Positions 1 through 13,459 of a DNA stretch of 64,000 nucleotides are shown piece after piece. The DNA comes from Malacoraja senta. Taxonomy: Eukaryota. The DNA lies in the NCBI GenBank assembly GCA_038087875.1, contig CM075989.1, positions 18,664,001-18,728,000 of the forward strand, given 5' to 3'. Under the pieces are notes generated by a model. The model saw nothing but the letters and a program-made list of their open reading frames with translations. It was not told the origin of the DNA and did no database searches. The position numbers were made by a program, and so were the translations under genes. The first letter of the stretch is position 1; the number at the start of each line of letters is the position of its first letter.

Positions 1-451
1 AATAGCAGAACAGTTAAAATTCAGAGCCTGTTTGAAAATTCTAATGACTGAACTTAGAACATTAGCTACCGGATATGAAGTGGATGGCGGAAAGCTCCGA
101 TTTCAACTGTACAACTGGCTGGAGAAAGAAATCCATGCAATGCATCAGATCTGCAATTATAAAACCGAAGTGAAAGATTTGATTGTTGAAATCGATAAAA
201 AGATCCGAGGTTCATTTGACCAAGAAGAATTAAAAGAGAGTACAGAAGGAGCTTCATATGAGAGGCATCAGATTGATCGGAGAAGGCTCCAAGCAAAGCA
301 AGAGCACGCAGAAAGAAGGAAATGGTGGCTGCGGAGAAATCAAGCTCTGCTTAGAGTGTTTCTAAGCTACTGCAGTTTGCATGGTGCACAGGGTGGTGGC
401 TTAGCATCCGTCAGAATGGAACTTATCTTCCTATTGCAGGAATCACAGCAG
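1..451 (+). CDS. DMXL2: DMXL2 large internal exon, 5' end outside window (IAEQLKFRACLKILMTELRTL...LLQESQQ)
   Basis: Translation matches DmX-like protein family from memory; donor CAG|gtaaag at 451/452, phase 0. Confidence 0.93.
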
Positions 452-840
452 GTAAAGTACTCTGCGAATAATAGAGTGAAAAATACTCCACTGAAACATA
501 GGATCTAGAAGATGTGTTTATAATGTATGTGATGAGGAACATTTTTGCCAGTTGCAACTTATCTAATTAGTAGGTGAAGCCAAATGGCTGAGAAATGCAT
601 ATGCACAATACCCAAGTGGAGTTGAAACATTTGCCATGCTTCCTATGCTGCAACATTGGCCATACTTTAAAAGTGCATCTCTTCAGAATACCCTAGAGTC
701 ATGATAAGCACGAGTAGTATAGTACTATACATCTTTGCTACCCACTTCCTTTCTCTTCCTACATAGGTCATATCAGTTGAAGTAATGATGGATATTGACT
801 GCTATTTAGGTTCTGACAAGTTAAGACTTCACTTTAAACT

Positions 841-1110
841 TGAGAGATACAGCGCTGAAACAGGTCCTTCGGCCCAGAGAGTCCGCACCAACCAATGATC
901 ACCCCGCACTAGGGACAATTTACAATTTTACCTAAGTCAATTAACCTACAAACCTGTACGTCTTTGGAGTGTAGGTAGAAACCGGAGCACCATGAGAAAA
1001 TCCACGCAGTCACGGAGAACGTACAAACTTCATACAGACAACACCCTTAGTCAGGATCGAACCCAGGTCTCTGGTGCTGTAAGGCAGCAACTCTACCGCT
1101 GTGCCACCAC
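841..1110 (-). mobile_element. tRNA-derived V-SINE/HE1-like SINE
   Basis: A box TGGCACAGCGG and B box GGTTCGATCC on the minus strand; many related copies in the window. Confidence 0.75.
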
Positions 1111-2004
1111 TTGTTCATAGTTCAGATAATTCAGAACCTCCAATAGTTGGGTATCAAGGTCACCTTGGGTCCCTTTGGGTACAACAGGGTCCTGATACCC
1201 ATGTCCCATGAAACCTAGCAGGTCTGCTGGGAAACGTGTGATGCCATTCGTATTGTATAACATCTACAAATAATTTTAAATTGTGTTGGAGTATTAATTA
1301 CAGTAGCATTCAACAGCTCAAAAATCTACCCGTCCAGTAGTATTGAAGCCATGAGCATATCTGGTTATCAGGTTTATTGTAGTTAATGTCAAATTTCATA
1401 GTGATAAGAATGATGACTAATTAAAAATCATGAAACACTTGGTAATAAATCACATTCAGTTTATTTGGGCTTTAATCCAGGCTGTTTATGAATTGAACAT
1501 TTTTGAAGCTGTTAGGTTCCTTTGCATGTTTATTATATTAAACTAATTTTTAGCACATTTGTATAACAAAGAACTCCCAACACTCGTGCAGTTCCTTCTT
1601 ACACGCCTCATCTTTACAATGGACTGATAGGATGGAAAATATTTGTAAGATCAAAAATGTTAATCAAATAAAAACCTTGATTTTATATTCTTAGTGATTA
1701 ATGAGGTATGGATAAAATAATAGTTGCATTCTTAGTTTACCCACTTAATTAGTCAATAATTTACCCCAATGGTTTATTCCAGGTGTTTCATCATTCATTA
1801 ATCATGAGGCAGTTCAGGAAGGTGATCAACCTAAAGAGAATGTGAGACAGTGGGCCTTTTGACCAATGTACTTATTTATAAGGAATCACTATTTCACCAG
1901 CGTTTTACTTCACTGTGAATGGATTGGCTGATCTAGCAATATGATATTATTCTATGCAATGTTGATCTGTTATAAAGCCTAATACTGATTTTATTCGATG
2001 ACAG

Positions 2005-2196
2005 GAAACCACTGTGAAACAACTTCAATCCCCTCTTCCTTTGCCTACAACTTTACCGCTCCTATCTGCAACCATTGCTTCAACAAAAACTGTGATAGCC
2101 AACCCCATCATGCATTTGAGTAATCACATCCATGATATCTTGTACACTGTGGTGCAGATGAATTGTCCACCTCTTCCAGGTCTTAAGGATGAGAAG
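2005..2196 (+). CDS. DMXL2: DMXL2 exon (ETTVKQLQSPLPLPTTLPLL...GLKDEK)
   Basis: acag|GAA acceptor, AAG|gtag donor, 192 nt, phase 0-0. Confidence 0.92.
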
Positions 2197-2449
2197 GTAG
2201 CAGTTTTATTATACTTTATAATCTTTTATAATGCTAACATTATTGGATGCTGTCATTACTTCTGTTTTTAGAAATGAAAGCCATATGCCAGTGAGATTTC
2301 CTTTGATTGAAGGAGAATAGTTTTATTTGGGTTCAAGCTGTCATGCCAATAAAAGACTCTGCAAACTGGTCATCCCAGGCCAGTGGAAATCTGCAAAACT
2401 TCAGGGTACAGTTGAAAACCCAATTTGGCTTATTAATGGAATTGGTCAT

Positions 2450-2703
2450 TAGACAATAGGTGCAGGAGGAGGACATTTGGCCCTTCAAGCCAGCGCCCGC
2501 CAGTGATCATGGCTGCTCATCCACAATCAGTACCCCGTTCCTGCCTTCTCCCCATTTCCCTTGACTCCGCTATCTTTAAGAGCTCTATCTCTCTTGAAAG
2601 CATCCAGACAACCAGCCTCCACCGCCCTCTGAGGCAGAGAATTCCACAGACTCACAACTTACCCCTTATTCTTAAACCGTGGCCCCTGGTTCTGGACTCC
2701 CCC
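2450..2703 (-). mobile_element. CR1-type LINE 3' fragment
   Basis: Reverse-complement match to the 3' end of the copy at 12228-13459. Confidence 0.75.
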
Positions 2704-2988
2704 AAATTAAATGGTCATTAGTTACTTAGTTGCAGTTTATTCTGACCAAACAAGCTCTAGGCAGGTAGACTCCATAATTTTAGCTAGTTAAATTTCTGCA
2801 GTAACATCTGACCTGTGTGTACGTCCGAGTCATTAATTCTTAAATATTCTGAACATAAAAAGCTTTGTTTTAAGTATTGCTAATTAAAGAACTATATGTT
2901 GAAGAGAAGATTGTCATACAAAATATATTTGTACCAACATGAAAAATTTCCCAATTTGTAATTTGGACTGCGGTGCATCTCTTACTAG

Positions 2989-3065
2989 ATTTTCATTCTG
3001 CACACTTCAGCAGCATCACTCTCAGCCTGCATTTACCAATCTCTATGTGACAGCCACAGCTACAG
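2989..3065 (+). CDS. DMXL2: DMXL2 exon (IFILHTSAASLSACIYQSLCDSHSYS)
   Basis: ctag|ATT ... AG|gtaag, 77 nt, phase 0-2. Confidence 0.9.
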
Positions 3066-3279
3066 GTAAGTGTATTTATCGTGGTAACTTTCTTCATATA
3101 ATGTAGTGAAGTTAATTAGATGCATCTTTCTGTAAGATATCATGAATCAAAATACAATTGATGAAGACTGTTCTGTAATAACTATAAAAATGATTTGGAT
3201 TTAAGCTGTCGTGCCAATAAAAGATCTAGCATGTCCCTGTTAAGACAGTTAATACCTTAATGTCATAATCTCTCAACAG

Positions 3280-3407
3280 TCAAACAGCTACAAACCTGTT
3301 TACGGGAATGGTTTATCAGGGGCTTTTATTGGGTGAAAGAAGAAGATTGCGGACTGAAAGCATTGAAGAGCATGTCACTCCCAACTCTTCACCTTCACAT
3401 TGGCCCG
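3280..3407 (+). CDS. DMXL2: DMXL2 exon (QTATNLFTGMVYQGLLLGERRRLRTESIEEHVTPNSSPSHWP)
   Basis: caacag|T ... G|gtaag, 128 nt, phase 2-1. Confidence 0.9.
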
Positions 3408-3563
3408 GTAAGATGGAAAAACTTGTGAGATTTCATAAAAACTAATAGAAACTTTGAATTTGTTTTCTTAGAAATTAATTAGTTATGGATAAGATTTCAA
3501 TTAAGCAAGAATGTTTGCTTTCTGCTTGACTAGTTAATAAGTTATCATATTTGTTTGTTGCAG

Positions 3564-3812
3564 GTGTTTCATCACTGATTAATCTTCTTGGATCTATTCA
3601 GGAAGATGATCAACCCAAACTGAATGTGTTGCTTTGTGAGGCAGTGGTTGGTGTTTATCTAAGTCTTTTGATTCATGGTCTGGCTACACAGGATAGTAAT
3701 GAGCTCTTTCGTTTAGTTGCTCATCCTCTAAATAATCGAACCTGGGCTGCAGTGTTTGGAGGAGGTGCAAAAACTATAATAAAACCTAAAAGGAGGCCAG
3801 AACTTACACCAG
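3564..3812 (+). CDS. DMXL2: DMXL2 exon (GVSSLINLL...KPKRRPELTP)
   Basis: tgcag|GT ... AG|gtaag, 249 nt, phase 1-1. Confidence 0.92.
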
Positions 3813-4104
3813 GTAAGCCAATTTCCTTCAAAATAGACAGAATTTGCATCTGAATAAAATGTTTGACATTAAAAGCATCCCAAGAAGTTTCATAAAAGTG
3901 CAATCAGTTCAAAACTTGAAGAAACTAGGAAGCAGAGGTTATCAAAAGCTTGATGAACGAAGTAGGTCTTAATAGAAGTGAGAGGTTTATGAAGAAAATT
4001 GAGAAGCTAGAGAGTTGAAGGCATGATCTTCAAAAAACTGCTCGACAATTTATCAAACCTTTGCTTACCTCAGCTGCTTTACAATGGTCATCTTTGACTG
4101 TTGT

Positions 4105-4520
4105 TTAGTTAAGTTTACTGTCACGTGTATCGAGGTCCATTGAAATGCTTTTTTTGTTGCGTGCTATCCAATCTGTGGAAAAACTATACATGATTGCAAG
4201 CTGTCCACAGTGTACAGATACAGGATGATGGGAATAATGTTTAGTGCAAGATAAAGTCCAGTAAACTCTGATTTAAACATAGTCTGAGTGTCTCAAATTA
4301 GGTAGATGGTAAGTCAGGACTGTTCTCTGGTTGGTGATAGGATGGTTCAGTTGTCTGATAACATCTGGGAAGAAATGGTCCATGAATCTGGAGGTGTGTG
4401 TTTTTACACTTTTGTACCTCTTGCCTAATGGGTGAGTGGAGAAGAGAGAGGGGCCAGGATGATACATGTCCTTTATTATCTTGGTGGCCTTGCCGAGGCA
4501 GCTTGAATTGTAGACGGACA
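4105..4520 (-). mobile_element. Rex1/Babar-like LINE 3' fragment
   Basis: Degenerate C-terminal frame like HPLGKRYKSVKTHTSRFMDHFFPDVIRQLN, similar to the 61.3-62 kb copy. Confidence 0.55.
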
Positions 4521-4662
4521 GTGTGAATTGTGATCATTTTGAAAGTTTTAAAGGATTTTTTAATATAACTGCAATATTTGCACATGGCACATTATCTGTA
4601 ATGGGGTCAATCAAAATAAATGATGTCATCACATTTCACATTTTCGTAGGACATTTTGCAAA

Positions 4663-4783
4663 TTTGGTGATTTCGTATTAGTAACAGTATCTAGGCCAAG
4701 ATTACTTGTATTTTGCATAATTTTGGTGATTTCGTATTAGTAACAGTATCTAGGCCAAGATTACTTGTATTTTGCATAATTTT
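4663..4783. repeat. Perfect 59-bp tandem duplication
   Basis: tttggtgatttcgtattagtaacagtatctaggccaagattacttgtattttgcataat x2. Confidence 0.9.
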
Positions 4784-5547
4784 AGTGCCATGCAACAGTG
4801 GGTTTGGTGAGCTTTTACCTAGACTAATCTGAACCAGATCTTGGACACCATTGTCCAATTACCCTGCCTTGAGAATTGGAATTAAGTTGCTAATCATCCT
4901 CATTCAGAAAAGAAAGTTGATAATTGAAAGGGGCGGATGTGTTGGGTTTCTGAGCTAATTTGGTAGGCATCACTGCAAGATCGGCCTGTTCCTGTCCATT
5001 TACATCTGCCCATCTGGTAATCTCAATATAGGTTCATGAATATTACTTATTTTGCGCCATATAATGAATGTAAACGTTTATTTATTGCATTTCTATTGAT
5101 AATGCTGCATGTTTTATATTTTGTATCTTTCATGATAAAATTTAGGAACTAATTTATCCCCATTGATAGAATTTGAATTCTTTTTTAAAAGAGCACTGTA
5201 GGTTTAGGTTTATTATTATCACACGTACCAAGGTACAGTGAAAACCATTGCTACAGACTTCTGCTGCCTCAAACGCAAGAAGGGGAAGAAGATACCCAGA
5301 TACAATCCGTTCAAACTCAAATACAATAGATAGAACAAAGGGAAGGATACCAAAGCAGACTATAGTTCTCAGCCCTGTAACTTTAATTCAGTGCGATAAT
5401 GTTGTTTATAATTGTCATTTCGAAACATCATCCTTAGTAACCAAATACTTGAATTTTTCTAGCATTGGCCATTATAGATTTAGCTGCCATTTAAATTTGA
5501 ACAGAAGGCTATTTTTAAACAAACAAAAACACTAATTTATGGTGCAG

Positions 5548-5670
5548 GTATGCCAAATGTTTCAGCTGCATTGAATTTGGAGCAAAATACTGCCTTGAAG
5601 ACAGAAACTGTAGATGTGTGTGTGTCTCCTAGCTGTGAGACTGGAGCACAACACACACCAGGACTGGATG
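5548..5670 (+). CDS. DMXL2: Candidate DMXL2 cassette exon (GMPNVSAALNLEQNTALKTETVDVCVSPSCETGAQHTPGLD)
   Basis: tgcag|GT ... G|gtgagt, 123 nt, open in frame, phase 1-1 matching both flanking exons; CTAAT branch-like motif upstream. Confidence 0.55.
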
Positions 5671-6647
5671 GTGAGTGACAGCTATGGTTGCAGTGGAGTT
5701 TGGGGTGCTTTGCTCAGTTTTGATCTTTTTCTACTGCATGTGAAACTTTCCACTTCTTGAAATTTCTCAGTAAATAAAACTATCTTTAAGTATATATTTA
5801 ATCTTCCCTAAATTTGATGTCTAATCTTAAGGTTCATTTTATTATTAAGGGTACCTGTTATTGTTTGCCTCTTAATACTTGTAAAATTTGAAAGATTGCA
5901 TAATTTTGTTTAATTAAAACTGAGGTTAAGAACAGCAAACTAAAATATAGTGTAAGGCGGATGTAATTGAGAAGCTCATTGGTTTCTGAGTCTAATGTAA
6001 CTGTAAAAAAACACTAGTTCTAGAGTAATTCAGATGATCAGGCAGCATCTCTGGAGAAGATGGATAGGTGTAGTTTTTGGTTTGAGTTTTTGAACCCATC
6101 TGAATTTAAATTGCATTAATTATTACTTATGATTTTAAAATGATGGAACAGTGATAACACTTTTGCAACATTTGTTCATGAAACTGAAATAAATGTGAAG
6201 TATGTACTCGGTCCTGAGCAACTACATGCATTTGTATAAAATTAAAATATGCAAATAATAATCCATTGGAGTTCAATTAGAATGATCAACTTTTGCATCG
6301 GTTGATAACATTTCCTTTGTTAACTTTCAAGTTTTTGATTTCTATGCATGTTTAAAGCATTGTATTCATTTTGAACATATTCCGTGTTTCCTGTGACCGA
6401 TACAAAAGGTACTGCTGATATTAGGGCTACATGAGATTTGTGTTATGCTTGAGATGTTGCTAGTCATGTTTAGCCGATGCCTTTTGAATGTCTGGCACTG
6501 AGCCACTCTCTTTAGATTGTTAATCCAGAGATCATGGGAAATGAAGCTACAATTAACTATTTAGCTTCAGATCAACCATATGAACTACATGACGACCTGC
6601 CCCACGAAGGATGACTCACAACATGTTTATCATTTCACTTTGGACAG

Positions 6648-6820
6648 TTCCTCCAGAAGACATTGACCGATATCGCCGAAGATTTAACATGAAGATGTTG
6701 GTTCCTGGTAGACCAGTAAAAGAGGCTTCAACACCACCACCTGTACCTGCAGAGAGACCTTCATACAAGGAAACATTTATTCCCCCTGAGCTCAGTATGT
6801 GGGATTATTTTGTAGCCAAG
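6648..6820 (+). CDS. DMXL2: DMXL2 exon (VPPEDIDRYRRRFNMKMLVPGRP...MWDYFVAK)
   Basis: gacag|TT ... AAG|gtgag, 173 nt, phase 1-0. Confidence 0.9.
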
Positions 6821-7439
6821 GTGAGGACAGTAATTAAATATTGCGCTATTACTTTAATAATTACTTCAGTCAAATGGAATAGTTTCCTTGTAGTGACTTT
6901 ATATATATATTAGGTACATTGTGGCCAATAAGCATCTGCATTCAATTTGCTGTGAAATGTTGGATATTATGCCTATGTTTGTCATATAAAATAATAGATG
7001 TTCTACAAATATAGGTTTCAAAATAGTGGAGCAAAGTGCTCATTGAATACTTAGAGCAAGTATTCTTTATGTGCAGCACATTATCTTTGCTTATGCATTA
7101 ATCTAAAACGTGATGGCTAATTGTCATTGTGTAGTCGGATGCACCTGGAAATTCCACCCGGGTTCTCACATTGCATATGCAACATCTTGGTACAGAGGGT
7201 ACAGTGATGTCAAACAGATCTTGGGGCCACATTCCTTTTGAGGCTCATGCAAAGTATGCATCACTCATATTGAAGCAAGTGGTGAATGAAGCCTGCTTTG
7301 GAATTAGATAAAAATAATAATATGATCCATACTAGATTACTGCAGATGGAAATATCTTATTATTTCTCACTCCTATTTTGACAAAGTCCTGCATGGTAGT
7401 CTAGTCCAGAATGTCAAGGCATGAGCTATGCAAGGCATA

Positions 7440-8345
7440 TTGGCAAACTAGATGTGAAATTAGCTTGGTGCTAGGAAGCAGAGGAAAGTGGTGGGTCAGT
7501 GTTTTACTGGCCGGAAGTCTATAACAAGCATCGTACTGCAGGGATCAGTGCTGAGACCTTTGTTTCAAATGTATATATAAATGACATGCATGAGAATGTA
7601 TGTTCAAGAAGGAACTGCAGATGCTGGAAAATCTAAGGTAGACAAAAGTGCTGGAGAAACTCAGCGGGTGCGGCAGCATCTATGGAGCGAAGGAAATAGG
7701 CAACGTTTCGGGCCGAAACCCTTTCAGAATGTAGGTAGTTTGACTAGCAACTTTGCAGACAACACATAAATGGTGAAGTTATAGATAACAAAGAAGGTTG
7801 CCTCAGAACACAGCAGGCCATGGATCAACGAATGTTGAGAAGACTTATGGCAAATGGAATTTAACCCAGACCAAACGTGAGTTAATTTGTTTTGGGAAAT
7901 CAAATTCTGGTGGAACAGAAGTAAACAAATAAACGGCAGGGACCTTATGAGCATTGATGCACCGAGAGACTTTAGGGTGTAAGTCCAAAATTTGTGAGGA
8001 CTCGACTAGATATGGTAGTGAGGAAGGCATTTGGTATGTTTCCCTTTGTAGGCCAAGGCATTGAGTAAGACAATTAGGTAGTCATGTCACTGCACAAAAA
8101 AATTGGTTAGATCACACTTGCTGTATTGTGCACAATTCTGGTTGTCATGTTACAGCAAGCATGTAATGGCAATAGTGCAGAAGATATTCTGCAGTATCAT
8201 GCCTGAAATGGTGGGGTGCAGTTATGAAGAAATGGTAGAGACAGATAAAATGACAACATTTAAAATACATTCATACAGGCACTTGGATAGGAAAGGCATG
8301 GATGGAAACAGGCCTAATGTAGGCAAATGAAATTAGCATAGATAT
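7440..8345 (+). mobile_element. Degenerate CR1-type LINE fragment interrupted by a Penelope-associated short element
   Basis: Residual RT C-terminal similarity (HLLYCAQFW); insert at about 7601-7725 flanked by an agaatgta duplication. Confidence 0.6.
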
Positions 8346-9123
8346 GTCATGTGATAGGAGTAGAATTAGGTCATTCGGCCCATCCAGTCTACTCCACCAG
8401 TCAATCATGGTTGATCTGTCTCTCCCTCGTAACCCCATTCTCCTGCCTTCTTCCCATCACGTCTGACACCTGTACTAATCAATAATCTGTCTATCTCTGT
8501 CAGTGCATTTCTCTAAAAATATGCACTGACGGCCTCCACAGCCTTCTGTGGCAAAGAATTCCACAGATTCACCACCCTCTGACTAAGGAAATTATTCCTC
8601 GTCACCTTCCTAAAAGAATATCCTTTAATTCTGAATTCTGAATATGTATCATGGTTGGCATGGATGAGGTAGGTTGAAAGGACCTCTGTTTGTGCTGTAC
8701 AATTGTATGAAGTGCTGCCATTATTTTTCAGGCCTCCAGTTGCATTTCCAATTAATCTTGTTACCAAAGCAACCCTCTCGACATTCCAATCTCCTGATGT
8801 GAGCCCATTTATTGAAGTGTGCCTTTACCTAATCTACAATACCTCTTCAGGCCTGCACCCCCTCCCATGCCAGTTCTCTCTCAAGCCTCCACCCTGCTCC
8901 CCCATCCCTCTCCAGGCTGTCCGATTTTGTCTGCTTGTTCTACTATTACCCAAATCCACAACAGATTTTACCTTCCATAGCTAGCACATGCTCCGTCTCT
9001 GCAATGTTCTATTTACTCTTAAGGGTTTTTCAGAACTTCCAGGCCATTGTATTATTATGGAAAGATTTATTTTCAAAATTCTTTGCCTAATCTCATTTTA
9101 ATTGAAGTATTTGTGCTTTAAAG

Positions 9124-9251
9124 CCATTCCTGCCACCGTCTGAGAGTGGATTTATGTACGACTCAGATGAAAGTATCCCTAGTGATGATGACGATGATGC
9201 TTTTGTTTCTGACGTTCAGCTCCAAGAACATTCTGATCCTAACTCGTACAG
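9124..9251 (+). CDS. DMXL2: DMXL2 exon (PFLPPSESGFMYDSDESIPSDDDDD...DPNSYS)
   Basis: aaag|CCA ... AG|gttgg, 128 nt, phase 0-2. Confidence 0.9.
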
Positions 9252-10437
9252 GTTGGTTACAAAGGAGCTTTGTTGCCAAGAAAATTGTTTCATGTATTTT
9301 TAAATGTAAATGTAAAAGCCAAAAAATACACTTGCAGAAACAAGAAACCTCAGATGCTTATTTACAAATTGTCATTTGTTTATACATTGTTTTAAAAGAT
9401 TATATTTCATAAAATTGGCATCATATGAATTGGTTTAAAGGGCAAATGTGGGGACTTTGTTTTCTATTCAAACTAAAGTTCTACTTTTTGTACAAGGCTA
9501 TTTATTAATCTCGTCATTCTTGGCAGTCACGTTATTTTGCAGATGGCAAATAGGGTTTGGTGGCACAGAGGGAGCAAAGTAGGGTTTGGGGCAGACAGTT
9601 CTGCAGCGTGTGACCATCACTTCATCGGGCAGACAGAAGGATGGACGAAGCTGCCGTCAATAAGTTGTAAACCGGCCATTGACAAAGAAGAATGTTAGAA
9701 GCTACAAGAGTCCCAAAGTCTGATGGCTTCATTTGATTAAAAAATAATTGTTTTTTATGTTTTTGTTCTGGGGTATTGATGTCACATTTATTTCCCATCA
9801 CAAATTATGCCTGAACCAAGTGTTCATGCAGTCATTATGAGAGCAAATTTGAATCCACCAGACAAGGATGGCAAATTTATTTCCTTTTAAAGCACTTTTT
9901 AGTGAACCAGATGAATTTTCTAGCAAATAGTACTTTCTGGTATCACTGCTGATGCTAGGTTTTTAATTCCAAGTTTATTTAACAATTTAAATTCTCCAGC
10001 TACCAGACTGGAATTCAATATTTTGTCTCTGAACCATTAGATGAAACCCTTGGATACGAGTCCAATAAACTAAACACTTAGCTACTTTAGTCTGACGGCC
10101 TGATCCTGTAGTTAAACTCTTCGACTAGTTTAAAGACAGGTGTATCTCTTAGTGTTAAAAAGAAACACAAGGCATTGCAGATGGTGACATTTTGAGCAAA
10201 ACATGGTGCTGGAAGAACTCAGCAGGTCAGGCACACCTCTAGCCTTGTCACTTACTCCACCAATCTGTCAATCACACCCCTACCCCCTCACCAGTATCCA
10301 CCTATCACTTACCAAGCTTTGTCCCATCCCTGCCTCACTATTCCAGCTTTCTCCCCCCAACTCCAATCAGTCTGAAGAAGGGTCCCAGCCCAAAATATCG
10401 CGTCCATTCCTTCCACAGATGCTGAATTCCTCTAGCA

Positions 10438-10789
10438 CAGGGATGGGGAACCTGCGGCCTTCTAGGCCATTAAGTGCGGCCTTTTGAATGAATCCAAATT
10501 TTGTAGAACAAATCCTTTTATTTTTATTAATGTGTTTTTGTTCGTCTTATTATTTTTATTTTAATCTTAAAATGAACGTATTTAAAATACCAAAGAGTAA
10601 AAGAAAATTCAACGAAATAATCCACCCCGACTGACGGCCACAATTAAAACATTAGTAAGTCATGAGGGCTATATTAACAACATAATGTACATTTTGAAGT
10701 ATATCTAATTGAAGTTTCTTGGATGCGGCCTTATTAGATTACAGCTAACGTAATGCGGCATTCCAACATGAAAAGGTTCCCCACCCCTG
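10438..10789. mobile_element. Non-autonomous hAT (Charlie-like) MITE
   Basis: TIRs caggg(a)tggggaacct / aggttccccacccctg; 8-bp TSD ctctagca/ctccagca; nested in a Penelope-associated fragment. Confidence 0.8.
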
Positions 10790-11098
10790 CTCCAGCACTT
10801 TGTGTTCTCCTCCTGTTGTTATCTGTTCTGTATTTCATTTGCATTATTTGACGGAGAGGGCAGCTCCAATTAGGAATCAGCGATTTGGTTTCTTGTTGGT
10901 GCTTCTTAAAGAATATTTGAAAGAAAAAGTGCTTGAGTAACTCGGCAGATCGGGCACCATTTCAGGAGTACATGGTGAGCCTAACCTGCTGAGTTACTCC
11001 AGTACTTTGTGCTGTTTTTTAATAAACCAGCATCCACAGTTCCTTGTGTTTAAAAAATATTTTGATGTCGGGTAATTCCATGTGTATTTATTTTTCAG

Positions 11099-11184
11099 CT
11101 GGGCTCTGATCTGTTTTGGGATGGTTAAGCTTGCATTGCACAATATAAAGAACTTCTTTCCTGTTGTAGGATTGGATTCCACAG
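11099..11184 (+). CDS. DMXL2: DMXL2 exon (WALICFGMVKLALHNIKNFFPVVGLDST)
   Basis: ttttcag|C ... G|gtatg, 86 nt, phase 2-1. Confidence 0.9.
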
Positions 11185-12227
11185 GTATGGTTTTTTTCTG
11201 TTGAAGTTGCTATTTAAATTGTGCCACAATTAGAAAAATAACGCACTTGAAATGAAATCATCTGGAATTTAAAAAGCTTTTCATAGTTTATTCTTTGCAA
11301 TGGCTGAGTGACTAATATTTAACTATTTTGCTTGCTTCCCTTCAAAGATAAATTGCTCTTCTTGACAGCCATTATCACTGAACTGTCAAAGATGTAAAAT
11401 ATTTTGGTTTCGGAGAGGCCTTTTTTCATAGGCAACATGTCCTAAAAAGCACCTTTTTGTTTCTGGCACGAGTATTCAAACTGTTTTTATGGGAACGTTG
11501 GCACAGACACAAACAATGTCTGCTAGATGCAAGCAACTGAGGCATAATCATGTCAGTCAATGAACAATGATGATTTTATACTAGCACTGGCATTTTGTAG
11601 TTCATCACACCAGTTACAGCCTTGTTTGGTAATAGGATGGATACCCATGAGCGCTATTTGAATGATCCATCAGCTGCATACTGGTTAGTTGCTGGTTGAT
11701 TTATTCTTGCTGTTGGTTTGTTTCCCAAATGCCTTGTACTGTCTACAGGGCCCAAATTGCAGTTCATAAGGAAAAATAGGCCTAATGCTGAAGGCATTCT
11801 GCTGACTTCTACCTAATGGCTAAGCCAGTTGTTCCTAGCATTGTGAAATGGTAGGCATTTGCAAGTTTGCAACTCTCTTTGCAAGTTTCTATGACCGAGT
11901 TGAATCTAGGGAGTGCAGGAATGAGAGTAAGTTGCTGAAGTGAGAAAGGAAAGGAGCTTTTGGAAGGAAGCAGTAATCAGCCGCGATATTTAAGCAGTTA
12001 CTCTCCCATACGTGTCTGATAATTTATGCTTGTGAAAGAATCTTCACTGAATTCCACCACTTGCTGCATCCAACCAACTGCACCTATGGAGCAGATTAAG
12101 GATTATGGTTTAAGACTGTCAAAGTGATCTTTAGATATCTTCACCTTTCAGAATGGAGCTCGATAGATTGGTCGTTTACTTTCGATTGACGAGTACTATT
12201 TTTAAAAAATGTCATTAATGCCTTCTA

Positions 12228-13459
12228 TTGGACAAGGGAGAGCCAGTGGATGTAGTGTACCTGGACTTTCAGAAAGCATTTGATAAGGTCCCACATAGGA
12301 GATTATTGGGCAAAATTAGGGCACATGGTATTGGGGGTAGAGTGCTGACATGGATAGAAAATTGGTTGGCAGACAGGAAACAAAGAGTAGGGATTAACGG
12401 GTCCCTTTCAGAATGGCAGGCAGTGACTAGTGGGGTACGCAAGGCTCGGTGCTGGGACCGCAGCTATTTACAATATACATCAATGATTTGGATGAAGGGA
12501 TTCAAAGTAACATTAGCAAATTTGCAGATGACACAAAGCTGGGTGGCAGTGTGAACTGTGAGGAGGATGCTATGAGAATGCAGGGTGATTTGGACAGGTT
12601 GGGGAGTGGGCAGATGCATGGCAGATGAAGTTTAATGTGGATAAATGTGAAGTTATCCACTTTGGTATCAAAAACAGGAAGGCAGATTACTATCTAAATG
12701 GCGTCAAGTTGGGAAAAGGGGAAGTACAATGGGATCTGGGGGGTCCTTGTTCATCAGTCTATGAAAGTAAGCATGCAGGTACAGCAGGCAGTGAAGAAAG
12801 CGAATGGCATTTCAATGGCCTTTGAATGGCCTTATAACAAGAGGAGTCGAATATAGGAGCAAAGAGGTCCTTCTGCAGTTGTACAGAGCCCAAGTGAGAC
12901 CACACCTGGAGTATTGTGAGCAGTTTATGTCCCCTAATTTGAGGAAGGAAATTCTTGCTATTGAGGCAGCGTAGGTTTTCAAGGTTAATTCCCGGGATGG
13001 CAGGACTGTCATATGCTGAGAGAATGGAGCAGCTGGGCTTGTACACTCTGGAGTTTAGAAGGGTAAGAGGGGATCTTATTGAAACATACAAGATTGTTAA
13101 GGGTTTGGACACGCTAGAGGCAGGAAACATGTTCCCGATGTTGGGGGAGTCCAGAACCGGGGGCCAAAGTTTAATAATAAGGGGTAAGCCATTTAGAACG
13201 GAGACGAGGAAGCACTTTTTCTCACAGAGAGTTGTGAGTCTGTGGAATTCTCTGCCTCAGAGGGCGGTGGAGGCAGGTTCTCTGGATGCTTTCAAGAGAG
13301 AGCTAGATAGGGCTCTTAAAGATAGCGGAATCAGGGGATATGGGGAGATGGAAGGAACGGGGTACTGATTGGGGATGATCAGCCATGATCACATTGAATG
13401 GTGGTGCTGGCTCGAAGGGCCGAATGGCCTACTCCTGCACCTATTGTCTATTGTCTATT
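12228..13459 (+). mobile_element. 5'-truncated CR1-type LINE (frameshifted RT C-terminal half plus 3' tail)
   Basis: VYLDFQKAFDKVPH, FADDTKL, LEFRRVRGDLIETYK, FFSQRVVSLWNSLP motifs; tail (ctattgt)n. Confidence 0.9.

Noticed and set aside
12228..13368. Reverse transcriptase ORFs as a functional gene or retron-like system
   Set aside because: Frameshifted, 5'-truncated CR1 relic lacking the endonuclease and ORF1.
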